36,420 nt of DNA from Octopus sinensis. Taxonomy: Eukaryota. How positions within the stretch are numbered: the stretch's first letter is position 1; each line of letters opens with the position of its first letter. Both the position numbers and the translations under genes were made by a program. The notes under the pieces were generated by a model. The model had not been told where the DNA came from. It did no database searches and saw only the letters and a program-made list of their open reading frames with translations. The stretch is from the NCBI RefSeq assembly GCF_006345805.1, contig NW_021835915.1:1-36420 (forward strand), read 5' to 3'. Of this stretch, positions 1 to 11,689 are shown piece after piece.

Positions 1-54
1 TAAATGAGATAAAAATTTATTATTTCATGAATCACAGTGTTAATTCAAGTTAAT

Positions 55-297
55 TCAGGAAAATATGAAGCGCTACGAGATCGATTCGTGTTCTGTCCGA
101 TTGTGGTCGAGACAACTGGAGGAATAAGTGGGAAATCGCTTCGCTTCCTAAAGAAGCTTGGACGCTTAGCCACATTAAAAAGCCACGACACACGTGAGAC
201 CCGGTGGCTTCTCCAGTTGATCTCCGTTGCTATCGTGAGAGGCAACGCAACGTCAATTATGTTGGCGGGGTCCACTTCGGACAGATGGCTTCATTAG
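55..297 (+). mobile_element. 3' fragment of a CRE-like non-LTR retrotransposon (restriction-like endonuclease C-terminus)
   Basis: Translation KYEALRDRFVFCPIVVETTGG...LRFLKKLGR...DTRETRWLLQLISVAIVRGNA matches the KY..L...F.P..vET.G...L..lG...Q.iS.Ai.RGN terminus of CRE-clade RLE domains; followed by T/A-rich sequence. Confidence 0.8.
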
Positions 298-923
298 CTA
301 ATTAGTTCCTTTTTTAACTGTTTTTGTTAATATTATAAAAATATTCAAGAAATATTACTAAACTTTTTGAAGGTTTCATTCAACACCGAGTGATGTGTCG
401 TATTATACGAATATGTTACTTTGTCTAAATATAGTTTCCATTTTTTTTATTTTTTCCATCAGTTTTGCCATACTTTGTTTTAATGTTTGTTTAAAGCGGT
501 CAATCACACCTTCATTCAGTTAAACTTATAAACTTGGACTGTTAAACTTTTTGATTTTATTTTTTTGCATATTTGATTCATCAGTTGTTTTTTGAATTCT
601 TCTCCGTTGTTGGAAACTCGAAAATAAATTGTTCCGGAACATATTGATGACTGATTTTGTAAATAAAATTCTCATCCGTTTTCTGTTTGTAAAATTTGGC
701 AATATCAAATTTGACAAAATTTTTTTTAGTTTATTTATAGCTTCTAAAATAAGTATCACCAAAAGCAGTTTTATTTTTTAAAAATTTGCAGAGTTTGAAT
801 TTGTTGTAAATGTTGATAATTGTTTGTTAAAATATTTATATTTGTTAACATCAAAAAATTCCCTCAGAATCTTTCATGTGGACTTCTTGCAGTTACATGT
901 TAATTAGAATCGATACCTAAGTA

Positions 924-2209
924 CAGTAAAGTCTCTCGAATCCGCCAATTTCGGGGATCGGCAAAATCTGGCGGATTCGAGAATTTGGCGGATTCGAGAG
1001 ACTTATCGATTTTTAAATCCATTAATAATTTAAATTATTAAGCCAAAATAATTAATTAAAAACAAAAAAATCAGTAAGTTTCGACTTGTTTCTTCTTAGA
1101 GTTTGGATCATTGAAGATCCAATGTTTTCAATATACTCAAGATTTTCTATATTAAAGAATTCTTCTTGATTATAGAACTCTTTTAATTTGTTTAAAGCGA
1201 TAAAAGCCTCGTTAATGGTAACAACATAGGGGTTTGTCCCAGCTTCAATTTTTTGAATTATATTAGAAAATTTTAGAGAATTGAATTTACATTTATACGA
1301 TTTAATTATGCCCTGATCCATGGGCTGTAAAAAAGATGTTGTATTAGGTGGTAGAAATAACATCTCAATTTGTTTTAATTCAATCAATACCTAATGTAAA
1401 TTTCATGAAATTCACCTTATGTGCAGGAGATTGATCTACAACAAACAAAATTTTTCTATCTTGTTTTCGCAATTCCATTTCCCATTTTAATAGAAATTGA
1501 TTAAAAATTCTGCTATCCATCCATGCTCTCTTTGAATTTGAATATATAACATATTTTTTGATATCGAAATTCTTGAAACATCTTGGATTTTTAAACAACC
1601 CAATTAGTAAGAATGTTCGCTTATCTGTACCGTCAACATTTCTACATAACATAACAGAAACTCTGTCTTTCAGGACTTTATAGCCAGATTTAATGGTTTT
1701 ACAAACACTCTTAGACGGTATCATTTTGTAAAATAAGCCAGTTTCATCGGCATTATAAACATTTTGAGCTCCGTAAAGACTGATTTTATTTTTGATTAAT
1801 TCAATGAAATCTGATACTAAATTAGGGTCAAAATTTGGAGTTGCAGATTCTCCATGCATATTGCGTAATTTCAAACCATTCCTCTTTTTAAATTTAACTA
1901 ACCACCCTTTGCTTCCTTTGAATTCAGTAATCCCGAGATTCAATGCAAAGGCTTTTGCTTTCTCAGTAATAATCCTATCATTTAAAATGGCTCCTTTAAG
2001 ATCCATTGAATTGACCCAAGCAATAGTATTATCATCGATTTCAGCAAACTTTAAATATTGTTTGCGGGAAATGTCAGATCTTAGGTTATGAAACATAATG
2101 TTAGATCCTCTTTTACTTTTCAGATCATCAATAGATCGGCGAGAAACAGGCAAGTTGTATTTTTTTGAAAAAATCTCAGAAATTTTTAGTGAAGATAATT
2201 CATTATTTG
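924..2209 (-). mobile_element. pogo/Tigger DNA transposon, 5'-truncated, frameshifted transposase (CENP-B HTH + DDE_1)
   Basis: TA|CAGTAAAGTCTCTCGAATCC terminus at 924. ORF 1380-2153 has FKGSKGWLVKFKKR, MHGES, VYNADETGLFY, KDRVSVML and NSKRAWMDSRIF; ORF 1052-1387 continues with FLPPNTTSFLQPMDQGIIKSYK. The second TIR is absent and the element stops at the Merlin TIR at 2210. Confidence 0.92.
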
Positions 2210-3498
2210 GGTACTTTTGTCGAAGTGGTCGCAGTTTTTTTAGAAGATAATTAAAATTAATTAATTTTTTTAGTGAAAAATAGATTATTTAATTTATAAC
2301 CCTCTATCAATAATTTAAATGGTTATTAAAATTATTTAAAAATTTATTTAACCAATTTAGTCATTTTTAGTACGCGGCATCCAAATTCCAGGACTGTAGA
2401 AGGAATTTATGTCTTTTACAATCTGTGCAAAAGATTCCTTATAGTTCTGTATTTGTTTTCGCCACATAAATTCTGAAAAAATAACTAACTAAAAAAACCG
2501 GTACTTTTGTCGAAGTGGTCGCAGTTTTTTTAGAAGATAATTAAAATTAATTAATTTTTTCCCCACATTCGTTCTACTGTCTGGGTGTGCACTCAAAATG
2601 CACTGCATCCTCCTTACTTATTGGGAGCTGTCGGAATTTGATGTTGCATAAGTCCACAACAGAATTTTCCATGTGACCTATAGTGCCAGTTTATATCAAT
2701 ATTAGGTACATGCTCGCCATAATATTAAAAAAATTAGAAAATAAATTAGTAAAAAATTTAATAATATTTTAAATTATTGATAGAGCGACTTAAATAAAAT
2801 ATAATATATTCCACCTCAAAAATTATTAGATTTTTTAAAAGGCCTAAAAAAACTGCGACCACTTCGACAAAAGTACTTAATTAATTTTTTTAGTGAAAAA
2901 TAGATTATTTAATTTATAACCCTCTATCAATAATTTAAATGGTTATTAAAATTATTTAAAAATTTATTTAACCAATTTAGTCATTTTTAGTACGCGGCAT
3001 CCAAATTCCAGGACTGTAGAAGGAATTTATGTCTTTTACAATCTGTGCAAAAGATTCCTTATAGTTCTGTATTTGTTTTCGCCACATAAATTCTGAAAAA
3101 ATAACTAACTAAAAAAACCTGCGAAATAAGATCCCAGATGATGTCTTACAGCTCCTCTTTGAGCTTTATTCTTGCATTTTGCACTTCCCCACATTCGTTC
3201 TACTGTCTGGGTGTGCACTCAAAATGCACTGCATCCTCCTTACTTATTGGGAGCTGTCGGAATTTGATGTTGCATAAGTCCACAACAGAATTTTCCATGT
3301 GACCTATAGTGCCAGTTTATATCAATATTAGGTACATGCTCGCCATAATATTAAAAAAATTAGAAAATAAATTAGTAAAAAATTTAATAATATTTTAAAT
3401 TATTGATAGAGCGACTTAAATAAAATATATTCCACCTCAAAAATTATTAGATTTTTTAAAAGGCCTAAAAAAACTGCGACCACTTCGACAAAAGTACC
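2210..3498 (-). mobile_element. Merlin (IS1595-like) non-autonomous transposon, compound/self-nested
   Basis: TIR GGTACTTTTGTCGAAGTGGTCGCAG at 2210 and 2500; its reverse complement ends at 2876 and 3498. The minus strand reads FRQLPISKEDAVHF, then (after a deletion) VHTQTVERMWGSAKCKNKAQRGAVRHHLGSYFA|EFMWRKQ, the C-terminal signature of DDE_Tnp_IS1595/Merlin, with a 26-nt GT-AG intron at 3093-3118. Confidence 0.85.
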
Positions 3499-3599
3499 GG
3501 AGTTTTTTTAATAAATATTTTGTGTTTAATTAATTTAGCGGGGTCGCGTTATAATTCCACCCTGCTTATTGCCATGAAATATTTGGTTTTTTTTCGTGG

Positions 3600-3985
3600 C
3601 AATATAGAAAGGATTAAGTATAGATGAAAAAATTCTCTTATACGCCCAATTCTCGAGCTGGGCTGACCTCGATTTGATAACCCCTACTCTCCCTCTTACA
3701 TACATCCAACATGGTTTTAGGAGTAATTTCTCTACCTCGACACATCTTACCACATTAACCCAGTTTATAATGGAAGGTTTCCAGTTTCCAGAAAGATACT
3801 GACTCAAAAAATATTTAACCTATCCATCAACTCGAACATAAAACTTTGACTTTCAAATTTCCTCAGCGAAAGAAGAGGGCTGAATGGAATCAAATCAATC
3901 TCAAGATTGCTTCCAAATGGAGTTCCCCCCTTTCTCCTGCTCTATTCAATTTATATCTATCCGACATTCCTAACCCTGAAATGGA
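3600..3985 (+). mobile_element. Degraded non-LTR reverse transcriptase fragment (jockey/I-like)
   Basis: Plus-strand pieces RPI, LPLTYIQHGFRSNFSTSTHLTTLTQFIMEGF, FLSERR, LPNGVP and LSPALFNLYLSDIP correspond to RT domains 1-4, with deletions and frameshifts. Confidence 0.75.
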
Positions 3986-4018
3986 GAATGGCTTATTAAT
4001 GCGAAATAATGAAAGTGA

Positions 4019-4784
4019 CTAGTCCTCCTGATAAATGGCTGCCTGCAACTCAGTTTTGGTGATCGTGTCTTTCAAGTCCATGAGCCTCTCACATCGCTGT
4101 AGGGAAGCATAGTAGGAATCCCGTTCAGACTCCACTTTAAGGACATGGTTGTACAAAGTCTCATACTATTGGTTATACAACTAAACACACCTCACTCTTG
4201 ACCAACTGCAGTTCACTTTTGAGAGAAACCACCTCAGAATTATTGACAGCAGTCTTGAGAGAGGCCACCTCAGAATTAACAGCAGTCTTGACAGGACGTA
4301 TTTCCCGACTCTGCTTGGCCACCCCAAACCACCTTCTGTGGCGGAGAGTGGTCTCCTCCCTGGAAGAGGGGTCGTAGTTCATTAGGAATAGTTTGTGGAA
4401 CCACTGCACGAACTCGTAGTTGTCCTGGAATCGGCCTTTCGCCAATTTCTGGATGGGCACCACTTTGTCCACGCCTGTCTTCGAAAAGAGGTTTTGCAGT
4501 TCTTTCAGGTTCTGGAAATACTCGTATTCTTGACATGCCTTGGTCTTTAGTTTAGAGGGGGAAAGGATTTCTCTCATTTAAGCAATACTGTACTTGGGAA
4601 TAAAAAGTCCATGAGAATGCAGTAGTGGTACCCTTTCGCTAAATCCTCCACTTTTTCTATTTGGAAAGGAATAAAGTCATTGACCCACTCCACCACCTGA
4701 TTCCGACTGATGTTGTCGGTTGTCACGCTTGTACTTATCACATTCACTGCCTAAGGTCGATTACAGTATCGATATTACTACCAT
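4019..4784 (-). CDS. MAPRE1: EB1/MAPRE microtubule plus-end binding protein; intact, 4 exons, 228 aa
   Basis: Exons 4784-4782, 4750-4594, 4570-4191 and 4165-4019; GT-AG introns of 31, 23 and 25 nt. The spliced ORF is open: MAVNVISTSVTTDNISRNQVVEWVN...KLAKGRFQDNYEFVQWF (CH domain)...VESERDSYYASLQRCE (EBH domain)...AAIYQED*. Confidence 0.93.
4220..4290 (-). repeat. In-frame 33/36-nt tandem duplication in the EB1 linker
   Basis: Encodes KTAVNSEVASL followed by KTAVNNSEVVSL. Confidence 0.85.
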
Positions 4785-4937
4785 AATAACACACCACAAG
4801 GATATGGACGGGAATGTACTATTAATAACACTTTATACAATTTGTTGACCATTTAAATATTCTTATGAAAAAATAGAAATTATATTAAATAAATTGACAG
4901 GTTATTTGTTATGAATTAGTATTTGTTGGTTACTGGT

Positions 4938-5105
4938 TCATCCCATTCTCAGATATCCACTACCATCACGGTTATGACGGACATTTTCAACATGGTGACT
5001 GTCCTCTATTGGATCGACCAGTGAATCTTGTTCTTCAACCTGAACACTTTGGGGCACAACATGATGTGCCATCGACAACAGACAAATCATAAGTAAATAA
5101 TTCAT
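4938..5105 (-). CDS. Candidate 55-aa secreted prepropeptide ending in an amidation glycine
   Basis: MNYLLMICLLSMAHHVVPQSVQVEEQDSLVDPIEDSHHVENVRHNRDGSGYLRMG*: hydrophobic N-terminus, acidic spacer, monobasic R, and C-terminal RxG-stop. No homology or expression evidence. Confidence 0.3.
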   Translation of the reverse strand: MNYLLMICLLSMAHHVVPQSVQVEEQDSLVDPIEDSHHVENVRHNRDGSGYLRMG

Positions 5106-5636
5106 TGAACAACTCTCTCGACTGACATATAGATAAGTCACGAATAACATATTGAAATATGTCACAATCAATGCATATAATCAATCATATTCTCTACAAT
5201 ACATCCCTGACCTCAGAAGTGATTATGAAATACAGCAAATCAATGATCGATTATTCAATATCTTTATTTTGTTAATAGTTAGAATGATTAACCAGATGTA
5301 TACTCAATTGAACACACACCGACGTACTGCCTTAATTTAGTGTCTATTGATATACAAAGTATTTGAATTTGTTTCCAGAAAACTCAGAATTCGGCTGTAA
5401 GAATTGAAAATCTTGATAATTTATCAAGTTGTATGATGTTAGATAATTCGGGTCGTTAATTCAAAGAAAACTCATATGGCCACTATCGCACAATTCTTAT
5501 CTCGAAAATACAATTCCGGAAATGTAAATGAATTGATAATATCAAAGCTGATGATTCATCAAAGCTGATATTCCACGTGAATATTTATGGAAAATTAAAA
5601 ACCCATTTAGTCAAATCTATCACTACCAACTGATTT

Positions 5637-5784
5637 GTGAAAATCCGAGTTGACACAAACCTTCCGGCGGATAATGCTGTCCCGGATAACAAGTCCGACA
5701 TATTTGTTTACGACAAATCGAACAACAAAATTACACTTGTCGAGGTGAGGATTATTTCACAAAATTGTTTCAAGCAGGTCGAAG
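5637..5784 (+). mobile_element. RLE-domain fragment of an R4/NeSL-type non-LTR retrotransposon
   Basis: IRVDTNLPADNAVPDNKSDIFVYDKSNNKITLVEVRIISQNCFKQVE resembles the NkPDI.v.dK.....liEv motif of RLE domains. Confidence 0.7.
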
Positions 5785-7737
5785 TGGCTTTATCCAAGAG
5801 AATTTATAAACCATTTAAAGTGCCCTTAAACGGGTATATTTCAAATGAATCTTTGGAAAGAGCTTTCGGATTCCGTCGAAGACTTACCAGAACATCTTTC
5901 CACGATCATTAAAATGAGAATGCATTAATACTATTCACCCTTCCACAATTCTCCATGGAAGAATCACTACGACAAAACGAGTATTTTAAACAAAACCACT
6001 AGAAATGACAAATTAGTTCACGTGGTTGTAGATGCATTATTCTCAAATATCCTTCGCCCACATCAACGAGAAGTTTTTCCACAAATTTGAATTTCAGGGC
6101 ATAAAATTCATGTTTGATTGTGTCACTGGAGCACAACTCACAGGTTTCCGTGAATGTATAATGGCAGATGAAATGATCGTTTAATTTTGCTAATTTTTAA
6201 GGGACTTGGCAAAACTTTGAAATGCATTTGTCTAATTTGGACTTTAATCCTGTAGTTTATGGAAGTCTCGTGGTTGATAAAGTCGTGGTGGTAACTCCAA
6301 GCAGTCTCGTAAAAGTTTATTTTGTCATTATTTTTGACATAGAATTGAGAAAGGAGTTTAAAAAGTGGTTAGATGATAAAATTTGTGTTATGACCGCCAA
6401 TGGAAATGAAAAAAACTCTATCAAGTCGATTTTGAGTGATTTGATGTTTAATTCATTTAAAGGAAGGTTTTCTGAAGAAAGAAGGTCGAATGGACCGGTT
6501 ATGATCATTTCATACGAGACTTTGAGATTGCATTGCAGTCTATTGAGAAGAATTGAGTCCAGTCTATTGATTTGTGATGAAGTCTCTGATTGTTTTATTA
6601 CCGCTTGGGGTCATCGACTAAAAAACAACAAAGTCAGGTTTACACAACATTGATGTGGTTGGCTATTCGAAGAAGAATTATTCTTTCTGGGACACTGATT
6701 CAAAATGATTTTTTGGAGTATTTCTCGTTGGTTAATTTCGTCAACGAAGAGATTCTTGGTGGTTTGTATTTTCATATTAAAGGATTGTGTTTGGAATTTA
6801 AGAAAAAGTTTGAAAATCCAATTTTTCGAGGACGGGATTTAGACATTACTGAAAGTCAAAGATTAAAGGGAGATCAAAAACTGGCTGAACTGATCTCTAT
6901 AGTGAATCTTTACATAATTCGAAGGACAAGCAGTTCCCTCTCACATTATTTTCCTATGAAAAGTCCAATGAGCTTTGTTTTATGTTTAAGGAGAATACGT
7001 GGTCTGTTGTGCTCTTACAAATCAGCAAATACAGTTATATTCCTCATTATTGAATGATCGAGAATTGGATTTGTTGGTTTTGATTTCTTCTTTAAAGAAG
7101 TTGTGCAATCGTAAGGTTGGTTGGGCCAATTTAAATTCTGCCTTGAAGGGACTGTGGATAGCGATAGTTCTGGTTTGTTGCTGCATTTAAGATAAAGGCA
7201 AGTTCAGAGTGTTAGATTGCCTGTTGAGAATAGTAAAATCATTGAGAATAATAAAAGCGGTCTAAGCTTGTTGGTGAGTTTAGTAATTCTTCTGTACTTG
7301 TTGTGTAAGTATGGTAAAATATATTTGTCTTCATGTTGAGTAGAAAGGCCGGGGACTGTGAATATTACAGAGACAGGCTCATAAGAAGGCATTAAGTGAT
7401 TGTGTGGTCGACCAAGAGGACGCTGAGAGACATTTTAGTTTGGATGATTTTCGTGAAATATCAACCCCTCTCTCGGACTCATTTAGATACACGCACGACA
7501 AGTGGGATGATTATTCAGTGGTTTAGACTTAATTGTCGGATATATGTGGGTGGAATTCAACATACTCCGCCGTGTGAGGACAGTAATTGTGCTTCTGATC
7601 TGTCTAATTAATATCATTGCAGTGATCCAAGGAATGTTTTTGATGTTGTTCTTCAAAGGGTTTTCTCTACACTCAAGGATGGAATTACATTTGTATTTTG
7701 GCATTTTTCTCATAATAGACAGAGAATTACCTTCTAA
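5785..7737 (+). pseudogene. RAD54L: RAD54 unprocessed pseudogene with micro-introns, stops, frameshifts and an internal deletion
   Basis: Recognisable segments: KPFKVP, HVVVD...LRPHQRE|GIKFMFDCVTG...CIMADEM|GLGKTLKCI, TPSSLVK, IISYETLR, ICDE|GHRLKN, LSGTLIQND, LKKLCN, GKFRVLD, QRQAHKKALSDCVVDQEDAERHFSL, ITFVF. Intron 6073-6097 is GT-AG; intron 6176-6201 has GT>AT. Several in-frame stops; helicase motifs IV-VI are missing. Confidence 0.92.
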
Positions 7738-7879
7738 TTACGCTCTGTTCCTTTTTGAGAGTAATTTTAAATGTATAGAATTCGATCTGACGGTTTATTC
7801 CGACATATTTCATTTTTATTCCACTATGAATATAAGACTTAGGGCTGGTTAATTTGTTTCTTTCGCACTCTTTTGATGC

Positions 7880-8320
7880 CCTGGCAACTTATTTCTAGAT
7901 AAGCAGCTATCAACCTAATTCACAAAGCTCTGGAAAAATCTGGTTTCCCTTCAGTTCTAGAACCGACGAGTTGTACGCTTCGAGAAGCAGCTTGTTTTGG
8001 ACGTCACTTATGCCGACTCTTTCGCCAAGGGAGCTTTGAATTCCACGGCTTGTCGACAGGGTTCGTCGGCCGAGAAGGCCGAATCTACGAAACTGACGAA
8101 ATACAAGGATTTGCGCGATCGATTTTGCTTTTGGGCAATTGCCGTCGAGACTTCCTGTGTTTTGAGGCCAAGACACTTGCTCATCTTAAGAAACTTGGCT
8201 GTCTGTGCACACATCGCTCCGAAGATCCCAGGGAATTTATATTCCTTATTCAGAAGATTTCGCTGGCTGTTTTACGCTGGAATTGTCTCTCAGTCCTGCG
8301 AGCCTGTACTTAATGGCTAG
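7880..8320 (+). mobile_element. CRE-like non-LTR retrotransposon 3' (RLE) fragment
   Basis: AAINLIHKALEKSGFPSVLEP...LDVTYADSFA...AEKAESTKLTKYKDLRDRFCFWAIAVETS...LKKLG...EDPREFIFLIQKISLAVLRWN, with an internal deletion and a frameshift. Confidence 0.85.
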
Positions 8321-10649
8321 ATGGTTTTTTTAATTACCCTTTTACATCTGAATTGTCAAGTAAATTCCTCAATCAATTCAAAGACGTACCAAAATTGGAT
8401 TCCCAGGGACAGACCAGTCACAATAAATAATTTCATCTTACGTGGGCATTCGAGAAACTTAATCTTTTGGACGAATGAGCACCCCGAACTGGATTACGTT
8501 ATCGGGGACTACTTGGAGACACATTCCCCATCCTCCAAAAAAGTGTACATTCAGTAAATGAAAGCACTCACCCATAAAACAGTGAATTTCTGGCTGAACT
8601 TATGCTCGAGGCGTTCTACGTGGGCGTAAAATACATTAGAATGCAGGCAGTGATGTCACTGTTTGCCTCTTGGGCTAAAAGGGCTGTGAACGACAGACCA
8701 ACCACTGGAATTGTGATCGACTCCGTTAATGTACTAACAAAATGTGTTTATTGAATGTTCAACTACGCTAAGAGTGCAATTGCAGGGTTATTAGGCAATT
8801 CGCCGGGCTTTAGCAATGTTACTGCTTTTGTTTGCACTACTCGCATTTGCAGAATGTGAAAATAGTCAGAGTATACATATTTATTTACTTTGAGATTATC
8901 TAGAGTCCAGTTCCATTGGGGAGGGTATAGATAAATATTTTTATATTAGGTGATAACACAAGAACTATCTTTGATGACGAATCAGGTATATTGTTTGGTC
9001 ATTTAAGAATTCTACGACCCACTTTATAATGGGAGGGACTGGCTACGAATTGGACTAAATTAACAATTCTAACTCACATAATATAATTATAACTCACCTA
9101 ACTCTTAAACAATCGAAATGATGATAAAGAGTACTCCTGTAGTATCATCTCTTCTTTCCAAGAAAATGATTTGAAAACTTAAGGAGTGACTAAATTTCAG
9201 GAAAAAACAAAATCGGTGATCATCATAGCAACTAGGGCTTACTTAAGCAGGATTGATCACTCAGTATCTAAGTACCCGTTGTGTTACTTGGAGACAAGTC
9301 CTACAATAACATTTTTATTCATACAAATATCAATAACGACATATAATTAAACGTGGTCAACTTCTTTACCAGGAATGTAACGTTTTAATTACTTTCAGAT
9401 GACCTTATCGTCCTGAGAGCCCCAATCTCCAGCCGAGGATTAGAAAAAGCTCTTTCAGAAAAACTATCACTTTTTTAAGTCATTTCCTGTCGAATTTGTA
9501 TGTGTCGCTCCGACCACGCTCTTTTTCATTCGAAGAACTTTTTACTAATCCCAAAAATAATTTACCTTCTCTTTTCACTATTTTGGTATTGACCTGAGAT
9601 TGTCTTTTGGCCATAGACGATGCTGTTGTGGATTTTTTCTGATCGATCTTAAATACTAAGTTCGTGTGTAGTATTCCGGGTCTTACAAGTCTGCGTGTCC
9701 GCTTTGGAGGAATTAGGGTCCTCTCCTGTAAAGAGCTGGCCTTTGCGTGTTATCTATTTTCTCTTTCTTTATCTACGGATTTTGTAGCTCTGTTATTTTC
9801 CACTCACTTGAACATGCTGGGCTTACGGAATGTTCAGAAGCGTTAGAGTCATGGAGTTGCGTCGGCTACTCAGTGTTTGAAAAGACCTCATTTCAAAAAA
9901 AGTTGGGACGAATTTTTAGATCTTTTTAAAGAAATGCGATTCAATCCTGACCTGCTCGAGCTGGCATCACTAGGCGCCACTTTCGAGCCACACTTTCTTA
10001 ATGTTGGTAATTACTTAATTTTTTCATCCGGGCTTTTACTTTGGCAGGAATCAGTTTGACTTAAGGTTTTGAATAAAGATTTTACATACGGACCTAGTTT
10101 TGGCGTGAGTGCATGAATTTTTTTGCCTGTGAAAATTTTTTAAAAATTCATATCTTAAAAAAATGCATTTTCCATCCATTCGATTTTTAAACCTTGTAAT
10201 TTCATATCTTATGACAATGTAAAAACAATTAAAATTACCAATTTTTTAAATAAAAGCTCCAGTCACCAAACAAAAGAGAAAGAAATTATTTATTAGGTTT
10301 TTATCAAATAGAATTATTCATTTTGGGTAGAGATCATATAATGTGTTCCAAAAAATAAAGTGTTCCAGCCATACGATTCATTTTAAATCAAAGTCCGGTT
10401 GTCCGTCTCTAACAAGCTTTCTGCGCTTATATTTTGAATATTCATAATTAATGGCATAAGCTGCCATTAAGCCTAAACTTTCTGAATTATCTATCTATCC
10501 TTTCGGAAAATTTACTCTGTTCAATATCCAGATTGAACTTTTGCTACTAAGGAACCGGTAATCAATCTCAACGCTAACTTATATATTGAGGATCTGGCCA
10601 CCGCAGTTGACTCAATTAGGAAACATATTTCTCCTCATCTAGAGAAATA

Positions 10650-11408
10650 CAGTCAAACCTCCGAATTTAATCATCTTTTGGATCGACAAAATCTTGCGAA
10701 ATTTAGAATTTGGCAATCAATAGAAATTTTGCACTTCCGGTTTTTTACTAAAAATTGAAAATTATATACGTAATTGAAATATCTGTTTCTTGTGTTTAAT
10801 TATCACATGTAATTCATTTACCATGCTTAAAACAACTCCCAATTGTTCGTTAAGTAACATTTTTCCATTCAAAATACGTAAACAGAAAGTCGTCATTTAA
10901 AATCTGTTTCTTATGTGAATCTACAAGATCAGTTCCATTGTCAATTTTGTCTAACATTGCTTAGAACGGCAAAAATCAGTAATTCCGCGTAGAACGGCGA
11001 AAAAGAATTGTCGTCCATGAATCCGCCACGAGGTTCTATCCATGTCACAACTTTTGTATCAATAGTTGAATATGTTAGATTGAATGGGCGTTTTTTGCTG
11101 AGAAAAGAGGATCACTATCAAGTAATTTTTGTTTCTCAAGACCGAGATCATTTTTTGATCTTTGTAAAAAAATTTTTCGCACGATTGAAGAAAAAACAGC
11201 GGCTATATGTTCCATTTCATATGTTTTTAACATCGATTAGAATATTATGCATCTTTTTTAAGTCTACTACACTTGCGCATGTTTTAACCCAAAAAATTTT
11301 TTAATAATGAAAAGTAGTGGCGAGATTTAGAAGTTGGCGAGAAATAGAGGTTTCTTTAGAAATTTTCCTTTTTTTGAAAATATGTGGCGTGCGATAGAGG
11401 TTTGACTG
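10650..11408 (-). mobile_element. Internally deleted pogo/Tigger element with both TIRs and TA TSD
   Basis: TA|CAGTCAAACCTC...GAGGTTTGACTG|TA, plus subterminal TGGCG repeats. Minus-strand remnants TYSTIDTKVVTWIE (HTH start) and EWKNVT.RTIGSCFKH (DDE_1 C-terminus). Confidence 0.85.
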
Positions 11409-11689
11409 TAACACAGAAATGACTGTTCTTTTTAAATACAATGAACAGAGGAGTCTTCTGGCATGCATAATTGCTTAGTCGAAATTTTTTTTTCCAAATG
11501 GAGAAATAGTAAAAGAGTTCTTTTTATCTGGGAACGAACTCAGTATTAAACGCGTTGAAAGCAATTATCTCCTCTGGAGGCAAACAGGCCCGCTTAAAAA
11601 CGAGGAGTCACCAATGGTGGTTGGTTAAAATGCTACCCCTGTTTGAAAGCGGAACGTTTGAACTTACTCAGAATGAAGATTATGCTCCA

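Noticed and set aside
2210-3498. Bacterial IS1595 insertion or contamination
   Set aside because: The remnant contains a GT-AG intron and lies among eukaryotic elements, which fits Merlin.
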